From Octopus vulgaris (Eukaryota): DNA of 64,000 nucleotides. Position numbers and translations under genes: made by a program. The notes under the pieces are model-generated. The model saw only the letters and a program-made list of their open reading frames with translations. It searched no databases and was not told where the DNA came from. How positions within the stretch are numbered: the stretch's first letter is position 1; the number at the start of each line of letters is the position of its first letter. The stretch lies in NCBI GenBank assembly GCA_951406725.2, contig OX597832.1, positions 62,248,001-62,312,000 of the forward strand, in the 5' to 3' direction. Of this stretch, positions 43,146 to 57,610 are shown in pieces.

Positions 43146-43494
43146 ATTAAATCGGAGCAATTACAATGAATTTCATACCATGGAATTCCAGGGTGTATCG
43201 TAAGCAGGTTCAATTTCTGAACGGCCGCTTAAATGGGGCCACACTTACACCCCACACACACAGATTTATTTCTACTGCATTTACCTCGCCCATACTCTTA
43301 TTGATTAAACTGTGATCAGCATCAATGCTTAATACATTTGCAGAATTCGATTTGAGCATTCTAAAAAACTTCATGTGCATTCAAATCGAGATAAAGTGTT
43401 ATAACAGGTACGTTCCAAGTGTAGTAGTGTGGATATATATATTTTGTAGTTTATGAAACTTATGAAACTTGATAATTTATGTCTAGTAAATAAT

Positions 43495-43553
<59 letters not shown>

Positions 43554-43556
<3 letters not shown>

Positions 43557-45090
43557 TTCGCCATGATAGATCACTAGCCACTACACATTCTTTTCTTTTT
43601 AGGGAGAAAAAGGTAAAGAAAAAGAAAAAGAAAAAAGAGAAAGTGGGCTAGGTTTTCGATCAATAGGGATTGTGTATCACGGAAATGTCATGATGTAAAG
43701 TGTAAAGGGGGAAGCAGATAAGGTTTATTCGTGGAAAGAAAAGCCTACGGAAAAGACCACGGTAAACTCGGTCAATAATGTCACATGTTAACACATTGAT
43801 TTGCAAGTAAGTAACTCTCTGTTTTAAATTTTTACAGGTTCATAGGATTATGCTCAAGGTGGCTTTGTTATTCATACGTGCCATCCTTGCTACATTTACC
43901 CATCTTTTTTGAAACATTCGCTAGACAAAACTTGCCTCTCTACTCTCACTTTCCTTTTCAAGTGATACTTGAAGAAGTTGATGAGAGATTGACCAGAGAG
44001 GAAACTGTTTGTCTCCAATCCTTTCAGATGCGTCCACCAGATACATTCTTTCGTCATAGTGACAAGTATGATGAAAATAGCTCATCCTGACGATATTGAC
44101 AATAGACTCGGCTGATAAACCGACTCGCCCCACACGTGACAACAGTCGTTTCACATAAGCCCACAGGTCGGAAATGGTTAGACACTACATGAGTGCGAGC
44201 AGAACGCTTTCGTTGCTCTGACCTCATCTCGGGCAGGTCGGCCCCGTGTTTCTCGAGCCGTGTCTGTAGCGCTTATTCCGAACGGGTAGCGCTTCTCGGT
44301 AGCACTGTCAGGCCAGGGATCTCTGGAAGTTGTCCACAGGTCCTGGCCGGAAGGTCGTCTTAAACAGGCGGGTCACGTATTCCTCGTCGACGCCCAGGTT
44401 CGCCCCCAGATCGTCATCCAAACGCAGCGATTTGTCCCTCGAGCATTCTGCCATCGCGTCCCGCACTTCCGCCGCCGTGATGGCACCTTCGTAGCGCCCT
44501 GCCTCTCTTGTCAAGAGTCGTGGGAGGCTGTGTATATAGGCACTGAAGTCCACCCTACGTTCTTTCCCGCCACTAGTCCCGAATAGTCGGGCAAAATGCT
44601 GTTGAAAGGCCTCACACATTTTACTTGGCTCGAGTAATTCGTGCCCCTGTTCATCTACCAGAGATCGAATGGTTTGTTGCCCTGTTGCGCCTCTGCCACC
44701 CAGGCCTCTCACGCGGCTCCAACACCTCGTTCCTTAGAGCACGCATCCTAGCTCTGACAACACACCCTTCGTGTTTGGCGTTGAAGTGTTTGTCGAGAGC
44801 CAACCACGCCGCCAAAACATCGGATGCGATGCCACTTCAATGGAAGTCTGTCGGGATTCGACAATGACATCAGGGACGCCGGAGGTGGGAACGAAACCCA
44901 AAGACAAACGCGCAGATGCGACCACATGTTGGGCACGTAATAGCAGAAGTAGGGTTGGGGATCCTCTCTTTTCGGTCTTGTCGCTTCTGGTCCAGGCTCT
45001 TGAGATGCTTTTCCTCGAACAGCCTAACATCCTTTTGGACAGCTAGATTCCTGGCGTCGCGGTCAGAGGTAAGCGATTCCTAGACACGGG
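43554..45090 (-). mobile_element. Tx1/L1-clade retrotransposon, internally deleted, 3' end in (TA)n
   Basis: IRSLVDEQG...LPRL...ITAAEVRDAMAECSRDKSLRLD (pre-RT region) is joined directly to the C-terminal zinc-knuckle region; pyrimidine-rich 3' UTR on the minus strand. The 5' boundary is approximate. Confidence 0.8.
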
Positions 45091-45433
45091 CTGAAATGCC
45101 GCATGCTTCAAAGGAAGTTTTCAGGCTGTCCTTGTATATCCTCAGTGGCCTTCCAAAGTTTCTTGCTCAGAGAAGATCATCTTTGGTAGACGCGGGTCGT
45201 CCATTCGGACTACATGTCCGTTCCACTGGAGCTGGGCCTTCATGATGAGGGCTTCGATGCCGGGCATTTCGGCTCTGCGAAGTACCTCAGTGTTGGAAAT
45301 TTCTATGGGTTCGTCGCAAGCAGCAGAGGTGGGAATGGACAAGTACTCGCATTTGCCTCCTATACAGCGTCCACGTCCCACAGCCGTAGAGCAGAGAGGT
45401 AATGACGACTGCCATATAGACTTCCAGCTTGGT

Positions 45434-45436
<3 letters not shown>
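45091..45436 (-). pseudogene. RTE-clade LINE C-terminal fragment
   Basis: TKLEVYMAVVITSLLYGCGTWTLYRR and ISNTEVLRRAEMPGIEALIMKAQLQWNGHVVRMDDPRLPKMIF in the ORF track. Confidence 0.9.
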
Positions 45437-45497
<61 letters not shown>

Positions 45498-45790
45498 CAT
45501 ACATACATACATACTTACATATATACAAATATAGGTGGAACTTTCTGTTTTTTTCTCCCGGCCCTTACTTGACATTCGGTGTCGGTATGTTTACGTCCTC
45601 GTGACTGAGCGGTTTGGCCAAAAGCGGGAGATAGAATAAGTACGAGGCTTTAGAAAATAATAAGTACTGGATTCGATTAACAAAAGTGTACAAGATGAAA
45701 CATAACAAAAACAGCAAAAACAAGCAAAACACACGAATGTTAAACCACGCAAGGGACGACTCCAACAACAACTTCAACTACATCTACTAA

Positions 45791-45849
<59 letters not shown>

Positions 45850-46178
45850 TAACAACAACTACTAGTAGTAGGAGTACTACGGCTGCTTCTGCCACTTACT
45901 GCTACTGCTGTTGCTGCTGCTGCTGCCTAGTGATTATTTTATCGGACACTTTCTGCGTAGTTGCTAAGTTACGGTGAGGTAAATAAAGCGACACCGGTTG
46001 TCAAGCGGTTAGAAACTTAAAGATACACACACAGAAACTCATGCACACATACGCTCGCGAACGCGCACGCATACTCTTACACCCGCACGCACACTTACAC
46101 TCACACACGCACACTCAATCACATACACCCACACATACACACGGTTACACCCACTAACACACACACTCACACACTTAC

Positions 46179-46292
<114 letters not shown>

Positions 46293-46865
46293 AGAAGCAG
46301 GTGTGGCTGTGTGGTAAGAGCGTTGCTTTCCAGCTATATCGTTGTGGGTTGAGTCCCACTGAGTGGCACTTTGGGCAAGTGCCATCCAATATAGCACCCA
46401 CACAGCTGTAGCTACTGCTTCTGCTATTGTTACATATTCAAATGACATTCTGGAGACAGAGAGAGAGAGAGGGGAAGATAGAGAGGGAGAGAAAGATAGA
46501 GAGAGAGAAAGAGAGAGAGATAGAGAAAAAGACAAAGATAGAGAGAGAGATGTAAACGAAATTAGTAACACCCGCAAAAAAAAAATATATACCCGAGAAA
46601 ATAACACCTCACGGCATAATGCCAGCTCATCATTATAGCTTGGTGAACGAAGAATCCACCCTGAATTGCCAGGTTGCAATACTGTTATTATGAAGAACAA
46701 CAACCACCCTGGTTTATACATCTTAGAGGAATGGAAGGGGGGTAAAAAGAAAATAAAGATATTTGATTAGAAACAGTCATCGTTGCCATAACTACCGGGT
46801 ACATTAACAAGCACGGGAACGGAGACATGTAGGTAAGAGAAGGAAACAGAAATTGACAGCTAATG

Positions 46866-46898
<33 letters not shown>

Positions 46899-47010
46899 AC
46901 AACATCATCATCGTCACCATCACCGTCAACATAGAAATCATCATTATATCGCTGTAGTTGTCTTAATCACCATTTTTATCATTTTCCCTGCCGTCATCAT
47001 CATCATCATC

Positions 47011-47068
<58 letters not shown>

Positions 47069-47738
47069 CCATCATTATCGTCATTACATCGTCGTTTTCA
47101 TCATGAACATCATCATCTTCATCATCATCATCGTCAATATCGCCATCACCATCATTATCATCATAGAATAGTCGTCATTTTTCTCCTCCTCTTCCCCCTC
47201 CTCCTCCTCTTCATCATCATCATCACTATCATTATCATCATTACAGCGTCGTCATCGTAATCATCATCACCATCACCATCACCATTATTATCATCATAAC
47301 ATGATTTTCATCCTTCTCGTCCTCTTCATCATCATCATCATCATCATCATCATCGTCATCACTATAATTATCAACATTGCATCGGTGTCCTCTTCATCAT
47401 CATCATAATCATCATCATCATCGTCGTCGTCGTTGTCTTCATTTTGATTATGATAACTAATTACTACGCGCGAGGCAATAAGTTCCATAGTGAAAACTGT
47501 AGGATTGCGGACTAAATGACTTCTGATATTTCCTAACCCTTCCCCCAACCCACCCGCTAGATGTAACCTTTATATCCCCATTGGATCAAACAAGGATTTC
47601 TGTTTTTTATCTCCTCCTGGGACCAATGAAACATAAAACAGTACTACTTAATTTGAACTCTCCTCTAAATTTGGAAACAGATGACAAAACTAGATATTTT
47701 CGCATTTACCATGATTATTTTCGTTATTATTATTATTA

Positions 47739-47830
<92 letters not shown>

Positions 47831-47874
47831 ATTATTATTGTTATTATTATTATTATTATCATTATTATTATTTA

Positions 47875-48895
47875 CTTTTAATCTCCATGTTTGTTACAAT
47901 CACTCGCCGAGACACACCCAGGGTCCTAGGGTGATGTGAAGGATAAGAGATGCTACAGTATGTCTCAAAGCTTGGGGAGGGCAAGAGGCAGAGGCAGTGG
48001 CGAAATATCTTCATGTAATACAACACAGACATTTAAATTGATAGTGTTTTTCGAAGGATGTGGGCAGTACTTGTCAGCACAATCTTTTAGATTTTTCTGC
48101 GACATGGTTCTCCCAGGATATTATCTAGATATTTTTGACATACCTTTTTTTATCATACCTAGTGCACCCTCATTAACAGAACAGTTCTTGCTTTAAGATG
48201 CTACATCCTTTATATTTCAATTTCCACGTCATTAAATTTATCTAATTCGGTAAATTCCTTTACAGACATATGTTTATCATTGGAAACACTTACATCTATT
48301 AGTCTACAACTATTTTCTTCCCTGTCTTTAATAACTATGTCTGGTCAATTAGCTTGGACGTTCTGTCACTGTTGACTGGAAATCCCAGACGTTAGTAACA
48401 TTTTTACCTTCAACAACTGTCCCAGGACGATATCCATAGCAGTAACTAGGAGTGTTGATTTTGTAGTATTTACATATTTTCCAATGTAAATACCGTCCTG
48501 CGCTATCGTGACGATTTTTCTATTCGTTTGGTGTCAGCACAGGACATTCCGAGACGAGACGGTCTATTGTTTCGTCAAATGTGCCGCAGAATCTACATTT
48601 AGGGACAGAACCGTTTTGAAGAACTTTAGCCTGACAGTTTTTGGTACGTAGGCTTTCGTCTTGTGCCGCTAATATGAAAATTTTCGTCTCTGCCTTCAGT
48701 CCTGAACTTCTCAGACACTGATGGCTTGTTGCTTGGTCTACATCAGCATTTCGCCTTCGAATTATTTACTCCCCATGCAGAGGCTTCTGGCTCAATCGCT
48801 CCTCAGTTTGTTTTTGCCCGTTCTTTGTTGCAATCTGCTTGATCCGTTTTGCTTGTTTTGTGGCAGTGATTTCAGGTTCTTCAACTATTTCAGGG

Positions 48896-48897
<2 letters not shown>
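47875..48897 (-). mobile_element. R4/Dong-type non-LTR retrotransposon 3' fragment between TTA/AAT arrays
   Basis: KPLHG ... GLKAETKIFILAAQDESL ... CRFCGTFDETIDRLVSECPVL ... RHD ... LHWKICKYY; contains stops and frameshifts. Confidence 0.88.
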
Positions 48898-48971
<74 letters not shown>

Positions 48972-49009
48972 TAATAATAATAATAATAACAATAATAATA
49001 ATAATAATG

Positions 49010-49046
<37 letters not shown>

Positions 49047-49289
49047 TAATAATAACAATAATAATAATAATGATAATAATAATAAAGCGGCAAACTGATA
49101 GTAGCAACATTACCATGCCGGACAAAGTTTTTGCTCCATTTCGTCCGTGTTTCTCTTCTGAGTTCAATCTCTACCGAGGGCCCCCTGGACTTTCCTATTT
49201 TGGGTGCCGATAGAATAATATCTCGTGAGCACTGCGGTCGAATTAATGGACTTTACCCAAGTTGCTGGTCTTGTGCCAACATTTTAACC

Positions 49290-49325
<36 letters not shown>

Positions 49326-49561
49326 CTATAAAATTTCCAGTGTTCGAAAGAGCCATATATTTAAATAGTGAATGTACTAAGGTCGGGGCGGTGATAGCGT
49401 GTATGTGAACAAACAATGCATAACGACAAATACGTGCTCACAAAAATAATCACGGATTTCTTTTCCAGTTACGCACACATTCAAAAATGGTTGACTGAAA
49501 CACAATGAGTCAATACAAATCCAAACGAATTGCAGGTTCCGAGTTAAGTGGAGGATAAACA

Positions 49562-49925
49562 ATAGCAATAGATGGATTGTGGTTCACTACAACTGTTTCA
49601 GACGTCTTTTATTCATGAACAGAAGTGTTACATCATGCAAGAGAAACAGTTTTCATCAGATTAATACAGTAACAATTAATAATTAGACCTTCTCAAGAAC
49701 AAGTATATAGTGCTAGGTGACACCCACGATCTATCAAATTTGGGTCGGTGATGCCATCTGTTACTATGGTACTTGTTCTGGAGATGTTCATAATGTTTGC
49801 TTATTGCTTGCAATCACCTGATGAATGTTTTTTTGGGGGGCGGGGGCTTGATTTAACATTCCTGTTCCTGAATAAAAATCACTTCTGAAACAGCTGTAGT
49901 AGACATCAATCAATCTGTCATTATA
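49562..49925. repeat. Old palindrome of about 360 bp with a hammerhead motif on each arm
   Basis: Plus strand: CTGATGA at 49818-49824 and GAAACAGCTGTA at 49887-49898. Minus strand: CTGATGA at 49659-49653 and GAAACAGTTGTA at 49599-49588. Arms are homologous; centre near 49737. Confidence 0.8.
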
Positions 49926-50262
49926 TGTGTGTGTGTGTGTGTGTGTGTGCGTGTGTGTGTGTGTGCGTGCGTGTGTATGTGTAAAGTTGTCGGTAAAGCT
50001 AGGATTATTCTGTGTATGTTTGTAAAGGTATACGTAAAGGTGGGGTTGGTTTTCTTGTGTGTGTGTGTGTGTGTGTATGCGTGTGTGTGTGTGTGTGGGT
50101 GTATGAAGGCATATGTAAAGCTTGGATTCTTGTGTGCGCGGATAGAAATCCAAAATTAGTTAATGGCTCAATTCCCAAATTTTGGATTTGTATGTATTTA
50201 TGTATGTATGTGCACGTATATACTCGCACATATATACTCGCGCACAGATATATTCTCTGTGC

Positions 50263-50298
<36 letters not shown>

Positions 50299-50736
50299 CC
50301 GTGCGTGTGTGTGAGCTTATGTGTGTGTGTGTGATCAAATTCAACTCACAAACAGTAGTAGTGTATGAAAATATAATTCTCTATTTTATGAGGAGCTTCA
50401 TCTGACCTTTAATGCTTGACTGTTCGGGGCAAACCACACGTTCTTTTCAAGGTCGTAAAGCATATCTGTTGACAAGCCTAGAAACATATCTGCAAAAATA
50501 CGAATACATCTTCCTCTATGACATTCTCTTTATTTGTTTATTTATGGATGGGTCCCTGTATTTCTCTTTATTTCTAGTTAAAAGTATCTAATTAATATAT
50601 CCGACTCTCTTGTTACCCAACAACATCACGCACGCTACCAGCTTCTCGTCTTCCAGTTCGTGCCTCTCATTCTCTCCTCTTTCAAATTGTAACTAATGTT
50701 TTCTTTACACGAAATAATATTTACTTGTACGTTCGA

Positions 50737-50790
<54 letters not shown>

Positions 50791-50817
50791 ACACACACAC
50801 ACATACATACACACACA

Positions 50818-50905
<88 letters not shown>

Positions 50906-51020
50906 TAACCTCACACGCGTATGGATACGCACACACTCGGAAAACCGCATGCATTTATATGTGTTTGTGTGTGTGTGTGAGAGAGAGAGAAAAAAATATT
51001 TACTGTAAGTAACGTTGTAC

Positions 51021-51228
51021 AAGAAACGTTGATGAGTTATTTACGTTCTGAGTTCAAATTCCACCGAGGTCGATTTAGCCTTTCATCCTTTCAAGGTCGA
51101 TAAAGTAAGTACCAGTTTCGCACTAGGGTCGATGTAATCGACTTAATTTCTTTGTCTGTCATTGTTTGTCCCCCACTATGTTTAACCCCTTGTGGGCAAT
51201 ATAGAAATAAGAAACATTGATGATTTAT
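51021..51228 (+). mobile_element. 5'-truncated family-B2 SINE with about 20-bp TSD
   Basis: AAGAAACGTTGATGAGTTAT (51021-51040) versus AAGAAACATTGATGATTTAT (51209-51228). Confidence 0.8.
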
Positions 51229-52532
51229 CCGGTTCAGTAGACCATCTGCCATCTCATAAATAACAGAGTGACATTTAGTTTCTTGCCGTTCGAGAGTTCA
51301 ATTCCCATGCAGTCCACTATAAATTATATACCGACATATTCACATTCTCTTCCACTTTCTATTATCATTAACATCATCATTAACCATTATTAGTATCGTG
51401 TTCATAAAGATAACGACTCAAAGTAAGACAGCGAACCGCCTACGGTAGTGGAACTGGCCGATGGCGAAAGAGCTGGCAGAATCTTTGGCAGGTCGGATAA
51501 AATATTTAGCGACACTTCTTCTTTTTCCTTAAGTGCAATTTCTGCCGACTTTGGCTTTCATTCTTTCAGAGTACATTAATCAAGTACCATTTGTACTCTG
51601 GGGTGGATAAAATAAGTACCAGTTAAAAATTGAGGCCGAAGTCCCTGTCTTTATGTAATAATCTTAACTCCTCCTCTAAAAGTGCCAATCCTGAGTCAAA
51701 ACTCGGAGGAATCTATAATGTTTGTCGTTATTAATTGGTGATTGTTATCGTTTGTCTCGCTTTCCTCTTCTTCCCCTGTCGTCTGCCTCCAATCATTATC
51801 GTCATTCATTTTATAATGGTTGCCACTTGTAATCTTTTTCGTTCTCATTGTGACCGTCTCAAATCCATTTGTTTCTCATTCATGGAAACACAATATTCCT
51901 GCCCATCCACATTAATTTTCATTGTCATCTGCTCCTTCTCTTGAATTTCATCATTTTATCGGGTATCATTGCCATTCAATGCTGTCGTCATCTTCATCAT
52001 TATTATCATCATCGCTGCCACCACCACCACCACCACCACCACCACCACTACCACTACCACCACTTCCAAGTAATAACAACAATGTCGTCGTCGCCCTCTT
52101 CTTCGTCGTCATCAACATCATCAACATCATCAACATCATCATCATCATCAGCAGCAGCAGCATCCTCATCATCATCATCCCCAACAGAAACGTCAATGAC
52201 CACCACCACCACCACCATCGCAACAACAACAACATAGTCCTTGTTGTCCTTGTTGTGGTCACCATCGTAATCATCATTATTACATTATCGTTTTCGTCAC
52301 CATTATCATTGGAAACAGCAGCCGCAGCAATACATCGCCATCATCATCATCATCATCATTATCCTTTTACCATTTGCTTCATTACTTTCATTATAATCTT
52401 TATCATCGCGCTCATCATTAGCATTTTTAATCACCCTCGTAATTATCATCATCTTAATCATTACTGTCTTCATTATCTCCCTCATCTTCATCCGTCATCT
52501 TATCAATTTCATTCTCATCATATGTTATTACT

Positions 52533-52767
52533 GTGGAGGTGCGTGGCTTAGTTGTTAGTATGATCGTATGGTTGTGGTTTCGATTCCTAGAGCGGACGAT
52601 GCGTTGTGTTCTTGAGTAAAACATTTCATTTTCACGTTGCTCCAGTCCACTCAGCTGGCAAAAATGAGTCATTCTGTGATTGACCGGCGTCCCGTTCAGG
52701 TGGGGAATTTCTACGCCACTGAAACCGGGAAACCGGCCCTTATGAGCCTAGCATGGCTCGAGAAGGA

Positions 52768-52772
<5 letters not shown>
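52533..52772 (+). mobile_element. tRNA-derived SINE, family D
   Basis: Head GTGGAGGTGCGTGGCTTAG...GGTTTCGATTCC is related to the family-C head; distinct body GTCCACTCAGCTG...GAAACCGGGAAACCGGCCC; older copy at about 55884-56150. Confidence 0.75.
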
Positions 52773-52806
<34 letters not shown>

Positions 52807-53258
52807 CTAACTTACAGGTGCTAATATTCCAGGTTCGAATCACGCTGTGAGATCACTTTATTTTTTATCCTTTGGTTTTCTTCAGTAAATCAAAGAATCC
52901 ATAAAATATTGAAATCGATACGATCAAATAACATTCTCCCCGCCCCCGCCCACGAAACTTTTCTATCCATTACCATTACAAGAAATTGTTTACATTATTT
53001 AGTCATAACATAAGTGCTATCTAATAATTGATTTTAGATATTGGCACAAGGGCAGGAAGTTCGAAGGAGGAAGCTAGTCGATTACATCAACCCCAGTGTT
53101 CAGTGGGGCCTTAATTTATCGACCCCTGCAAGAATAAAAGTAAAACCGAATCTCGGAGGAATTTGAACTCAGAACATAAAGACGGACGAAATACTGCGTA
53201 TGATAACGAATCGACCACCTCGCCGCTTTTTGGTGTCTCAAAAATAACTACAGCATTT

Positions 53259-53690
53259 AAGGCGCCGAGCTAGCAGAATCGTTTGCACGCCGGGAAAGAT
53301 GCTTAGCGGTGTTTTGTCTGCCGCTATGTTCTGAGTCCAAATTCCGCCGAGGTCGACTTTCTCTTTCATCCTTTCGGGGTCGATAAATTAAGTACCAGTT
53401 ACACACTGGGTTTGTGTGATCGACTTAATCCCTTTGTCTGTCCTTGTTTGTTCCCTCTATGTTTAGCCCCTTGTGGGCAATAAAGAAATAAGAATCGTTA
53501 GCACACCGGGAAAGATGCTTAGCGGCATTTCGTCCGTCTTTATTTTCTGAGATCAAAGTCCGCCAAGGAAGATTTTACCTTTAATCATTTCGGGATGAAG
53601 AATATAAGAAGTAGATGTGTACTGAGTTAGATGCAATCGACTTATTCCTCCCACGAAATTGCTGGCCTTCGCCAAAACGTGAATTTGATA
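53259..53690 (+). mobile_element. Family-B2 SINE nested in a family-B SINE
   Basis: Head segment with the locus-specific variant GGGAAAGATGC is duplicated at 53275-53309 and 53491-53525. Confidence 0.85.
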
Positions 53691-53781
53691 TTAGACGCCA
53701 GATTTCTTTAAAATTTATTATGCAACATATTCCGAGAAAAACTACTATTTTCACCACAACAACACAAAGACACATACACGC

Positions 53782-53826
<45 letters not shown>

Positions 53827-54456
53827 GAGAGGTGTCTTTGTAGCAAATTGTCTCTGTAGTAAAGTGAGGTACTACAAATAGCAGCCAAATCTCTCTTAAA
53901 ACACCCTTTCATCAAAAGAAAAACACAGATTTACTGTATTTCCTAAAGAAAAAAAAAATATGTGATGCGTCTGCTACATCAGAGGCAACTCTGGGCTAAA
54001 CAGAACACAGAAAAACATACTTGACAGTAAAAAATTATCTAGTAATTAATACTAAAAATGTGATGGTTTATCTTCGAAGTTTCATTCCCTGGTAAAACTC
54101 CATGTATTTTAAACATTTTCTCAATATACTTTATGTAAGACATAGATTTTTCAGACAGAGTTTTCTCCCTTAGGTAAAGACCCCAAAAGAGTGCGACCCA
54201 ACCTAATTTTCGAGGTTTCTTGCAGTGAAAATGAGTTGTTGTGCAAAAAACATACTTTATTTGGTAGCTGAAAGATTATTGAATCATCAACTCATATTTG
54301 GAATCCATAAAGAACATACATGCAAGCACACACACACACACAAACTCTGTTTTATATAGTAAGATGTACGATGGGCTTCTTTTAGTTTTCGTCTACCAAA
54401 TCCATTATTGATGCATGATGAAGGCTGCGAAACATCCTGTTTAAGAATAATATATA

Positions 54457-54540
<84 letters not shown>

Positions 54541-54732
54541 CTTGACAACCGATGTTGGTGTTTTTACATCCCCCTAATCGTAGTGATTCGGCAAAAAGTG
54601 TCCGATAGAATAAGTACTAGGTCTACAAAGATAAGTCCTGGGGTCGACTTGTTCGTCTAAATGCGGTGCGGCAGCATGGCCGCAGGCAAATAACTGAAAC
54701 AAATAAAAGAATAAAAGGTTATATATATTTGT

Positions 54733-54934
54733 ATTCTTTTATTCTTTTACTGGTTTCAGTCATGAGACTGCAGCCATCCTGCAACACGGAGCTTTTAAGG
54801 TATTTTTCAGTCGAAGAAATCGACTCCAGGACTTATTCTTTGTAAGCCTAGTAATTATTGTATCAATTACATTTGCCGGACCGCTAGGTTACACCAATAT
54901 TGGTTGTCAAGTGATGGCGTCGGGACAACACAAA

Positions 54935-54992
<58 letters not shown>

Positions 54993-55160
54993 CATACAAC
55001 AGGCTTCTTTTAGTTTCCGTCTACCAAATCCACTCACAAAGCTTTTGTCTTCCCGAGGGTATTGTAGAAGATCCTTGCCCAAAGTGCCACACATGGGGAC
55101 TGAACCGGGAGCCATGTGCTTGGGAAGTAAGCTCGTTACTACACAGCCACACACGCGCCT
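54733..55160 (-). mobile_element. Family-A SINE, near full length
   Basis: Homologous to 1887-2315; tail-to-tail with a plus-strand 3' half at 54538-54716. Confidence 0.9.
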
Positions 55161-55269
55161 ATATATATATATTTCTTCGCAAATACATTCATGTATGTTT
55201 CCATATATGCATACATTCAGATGTATATGTATATAATAAAAAATATATATATATATATAAATGTGTGTG

Positions 55270-55315
<46 letters not shown>

Positions 55316-57023
55316 TGTTTGTGTCTGTGTGTGTGTGTGTGTGTGTAATTTTTCATGTGTCATTCTTAAAGGATTTCAAATCCGCTGAGTCATATGGGTT
55401 TTGTCTTCATTTACTGCAAGGATTTGTACTTTAAAGTATTCTGTTTGAGATCATAATTACTTTCAGAATTAATATTGATAATAGGAGACTAATTGATACT
55501 TTATTAATAACTAAACACAGTATTAATCATCATTATTATTGACAATATTATGTAAATATTATTTAATAGCGTCTTGGATAACATACAAACACACACACGC
55601 ACATACACCCTCACACTTACACACTCACACACATATACACACGGTCAGAAATATACAAAATTTAAAAATCATAAATCGCCAATCGATGTTTGAGTCATGT
55701 CCATCCTAAAATATAGCAGCACAACACATTATCTACGCCTAGAGAAGGATACTGAGCCCTTCAAAAATTTTGCTGCAGCTGGGTCAGAATAACGAAGTTG
55801 AAACAACCAGTCGGTTGATTTCTTGGTACCATATATTCTTCATAGTTTTGATAAATATATTTGCATTTATCTGAAGATATGAAGGCACGTACCCTAGAGT
55901 TTAGGAGGTTACACTCACGATTTCATGACCTTTCTATTCGTCCCTGAACCGGGCGGTGTTTAGTGTTCTTCAGCGAAACATTTCTTTTCATGTTATCCTA
56001 GTCCGCTCAGGTGTAAATGAATCTACCCTAAGACGGAGCGGGTCACCCATTCAGGAGGAACGTTGTGATCTCGGTCACTTGCATACCATGGAAACCGAGC
56101 AACCGGCCGACTCTACGAGTCCCAGATCTCAAGAGAGTAATTTACTTTTCACTTTGCGCAGATGTAATATGTCAAGTAAGCCGTTATGTTTAATGGTCCT
56201 GTAAGCATATCCCACTAAGTGAACAGGAGTCGCATCAGAATGTAGAGCCTTACACTAAAGCTGTAAGTATATAGGGAATGTTAATGGCGAAACATAAGAA
56301 CCCCCGAAGTATGGTTGGGTAACATGCACCATGCTTTATTTCACTGTTTAAGATAACTAAGTAGTCGAGAGCAAATATAGAAACCGTCTCAATTCTTTCA
56401 TTCTTTGATCCCGTGACATATCCAAGATGAGACAGATGAAAGTGGAAAGTGTATTTATTTTCACCGGAGTAGTATAGAGCAAACTGAAATCAAGCACTGC
56501 TCCGTCGAAGAATTGAACTTACAAATTATGGTCGTTAGTTGAATACCTCTAGGCCACACGCCTGCAGACATGGCCGAGAGAGTATATTAACTATCGATAA
56601 TGTGTTATGAGATAAAATTGATAATGCTGTTTTCAATATATTACACGATGTAAAATCTTTACTGGTATTTTACAGGGAATGGGTTGACCTGTCTGTTGAC
56701 TGTTGCTCCGCTTGGCATCTTGCACTGATGGTACCACAAAATATTGTTAATGCATCTGACTGTTCATAGCGAACCCTCTGAAATGGCGTTTTCTAAAATC
56801 GAGAATTTTTCTCCACGGCAAATTGCGGAGAATAACCCCATTTGCACCTCAAATATGACCCAAGGTTATTTGAAATTATTTGACCCTTCACTTTCTTTAC
56901 TTTATACCACTGCTTTGTGTGACACCTATATACGTTACATTATGTTTCCACATTGACAAATATCTAATTTTTTTTTAAGTATGACTCAATAAATTGTTCG
57001 TATTATAAATAATAGTAAGGGAC

Positions 57024-57161
57024 ATGCATGGCTGTGTGGTAAGGACCTTGTTTCCCAACCACATGGTTCCGGGTTTAATTTCATTCCTAGTGTTTTGTAC
57101 TATAACCTCGGGCCAACTAAAGCCTTCTGAGTGGGTAAGGTAGACAGAAACTGAAATCCTG

Positions 57162-57212
<51 letters not shown>

Positions 57213-57286
57213 TATATACGCACACATACATATATATATATATGTATATATATACACATACATATATATATATATATGTGTATATT

Positions 57287-57318
<32 letters not shown>

Positions 57319-57610
57319 TATGTATATTTATATAGATATGTATGTATGTATATATATATATATATATATATATAAATGTGTGTGTGTGTGTATGTATATA
57401 TTTTTGTGTCTGTGTTTGTCTCCTCACCATTGCTTGACAAACGATGTTGGTATGTTTACATGCTGGTAACTTAGCGGTTCGACAAAACAACCGATAGTCT
57501 AAGTACAAGGCTTACACAGAATAAGTCCTGGGGTAGATTAGTTCGATTAAAGGCAGTACTCCAGCATGGCCGCGGTCAAACGACTGACACAAGTAAGAGA
57601 AAGAGAGTAA
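57024..57610 (+). mobile_element. Family-A SINE with expanded internal microsatellite
   Basis: Head, about 240-bp internal TA-rich tract, body and AAGAGAGTAA tail. Confidence 0.9.
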
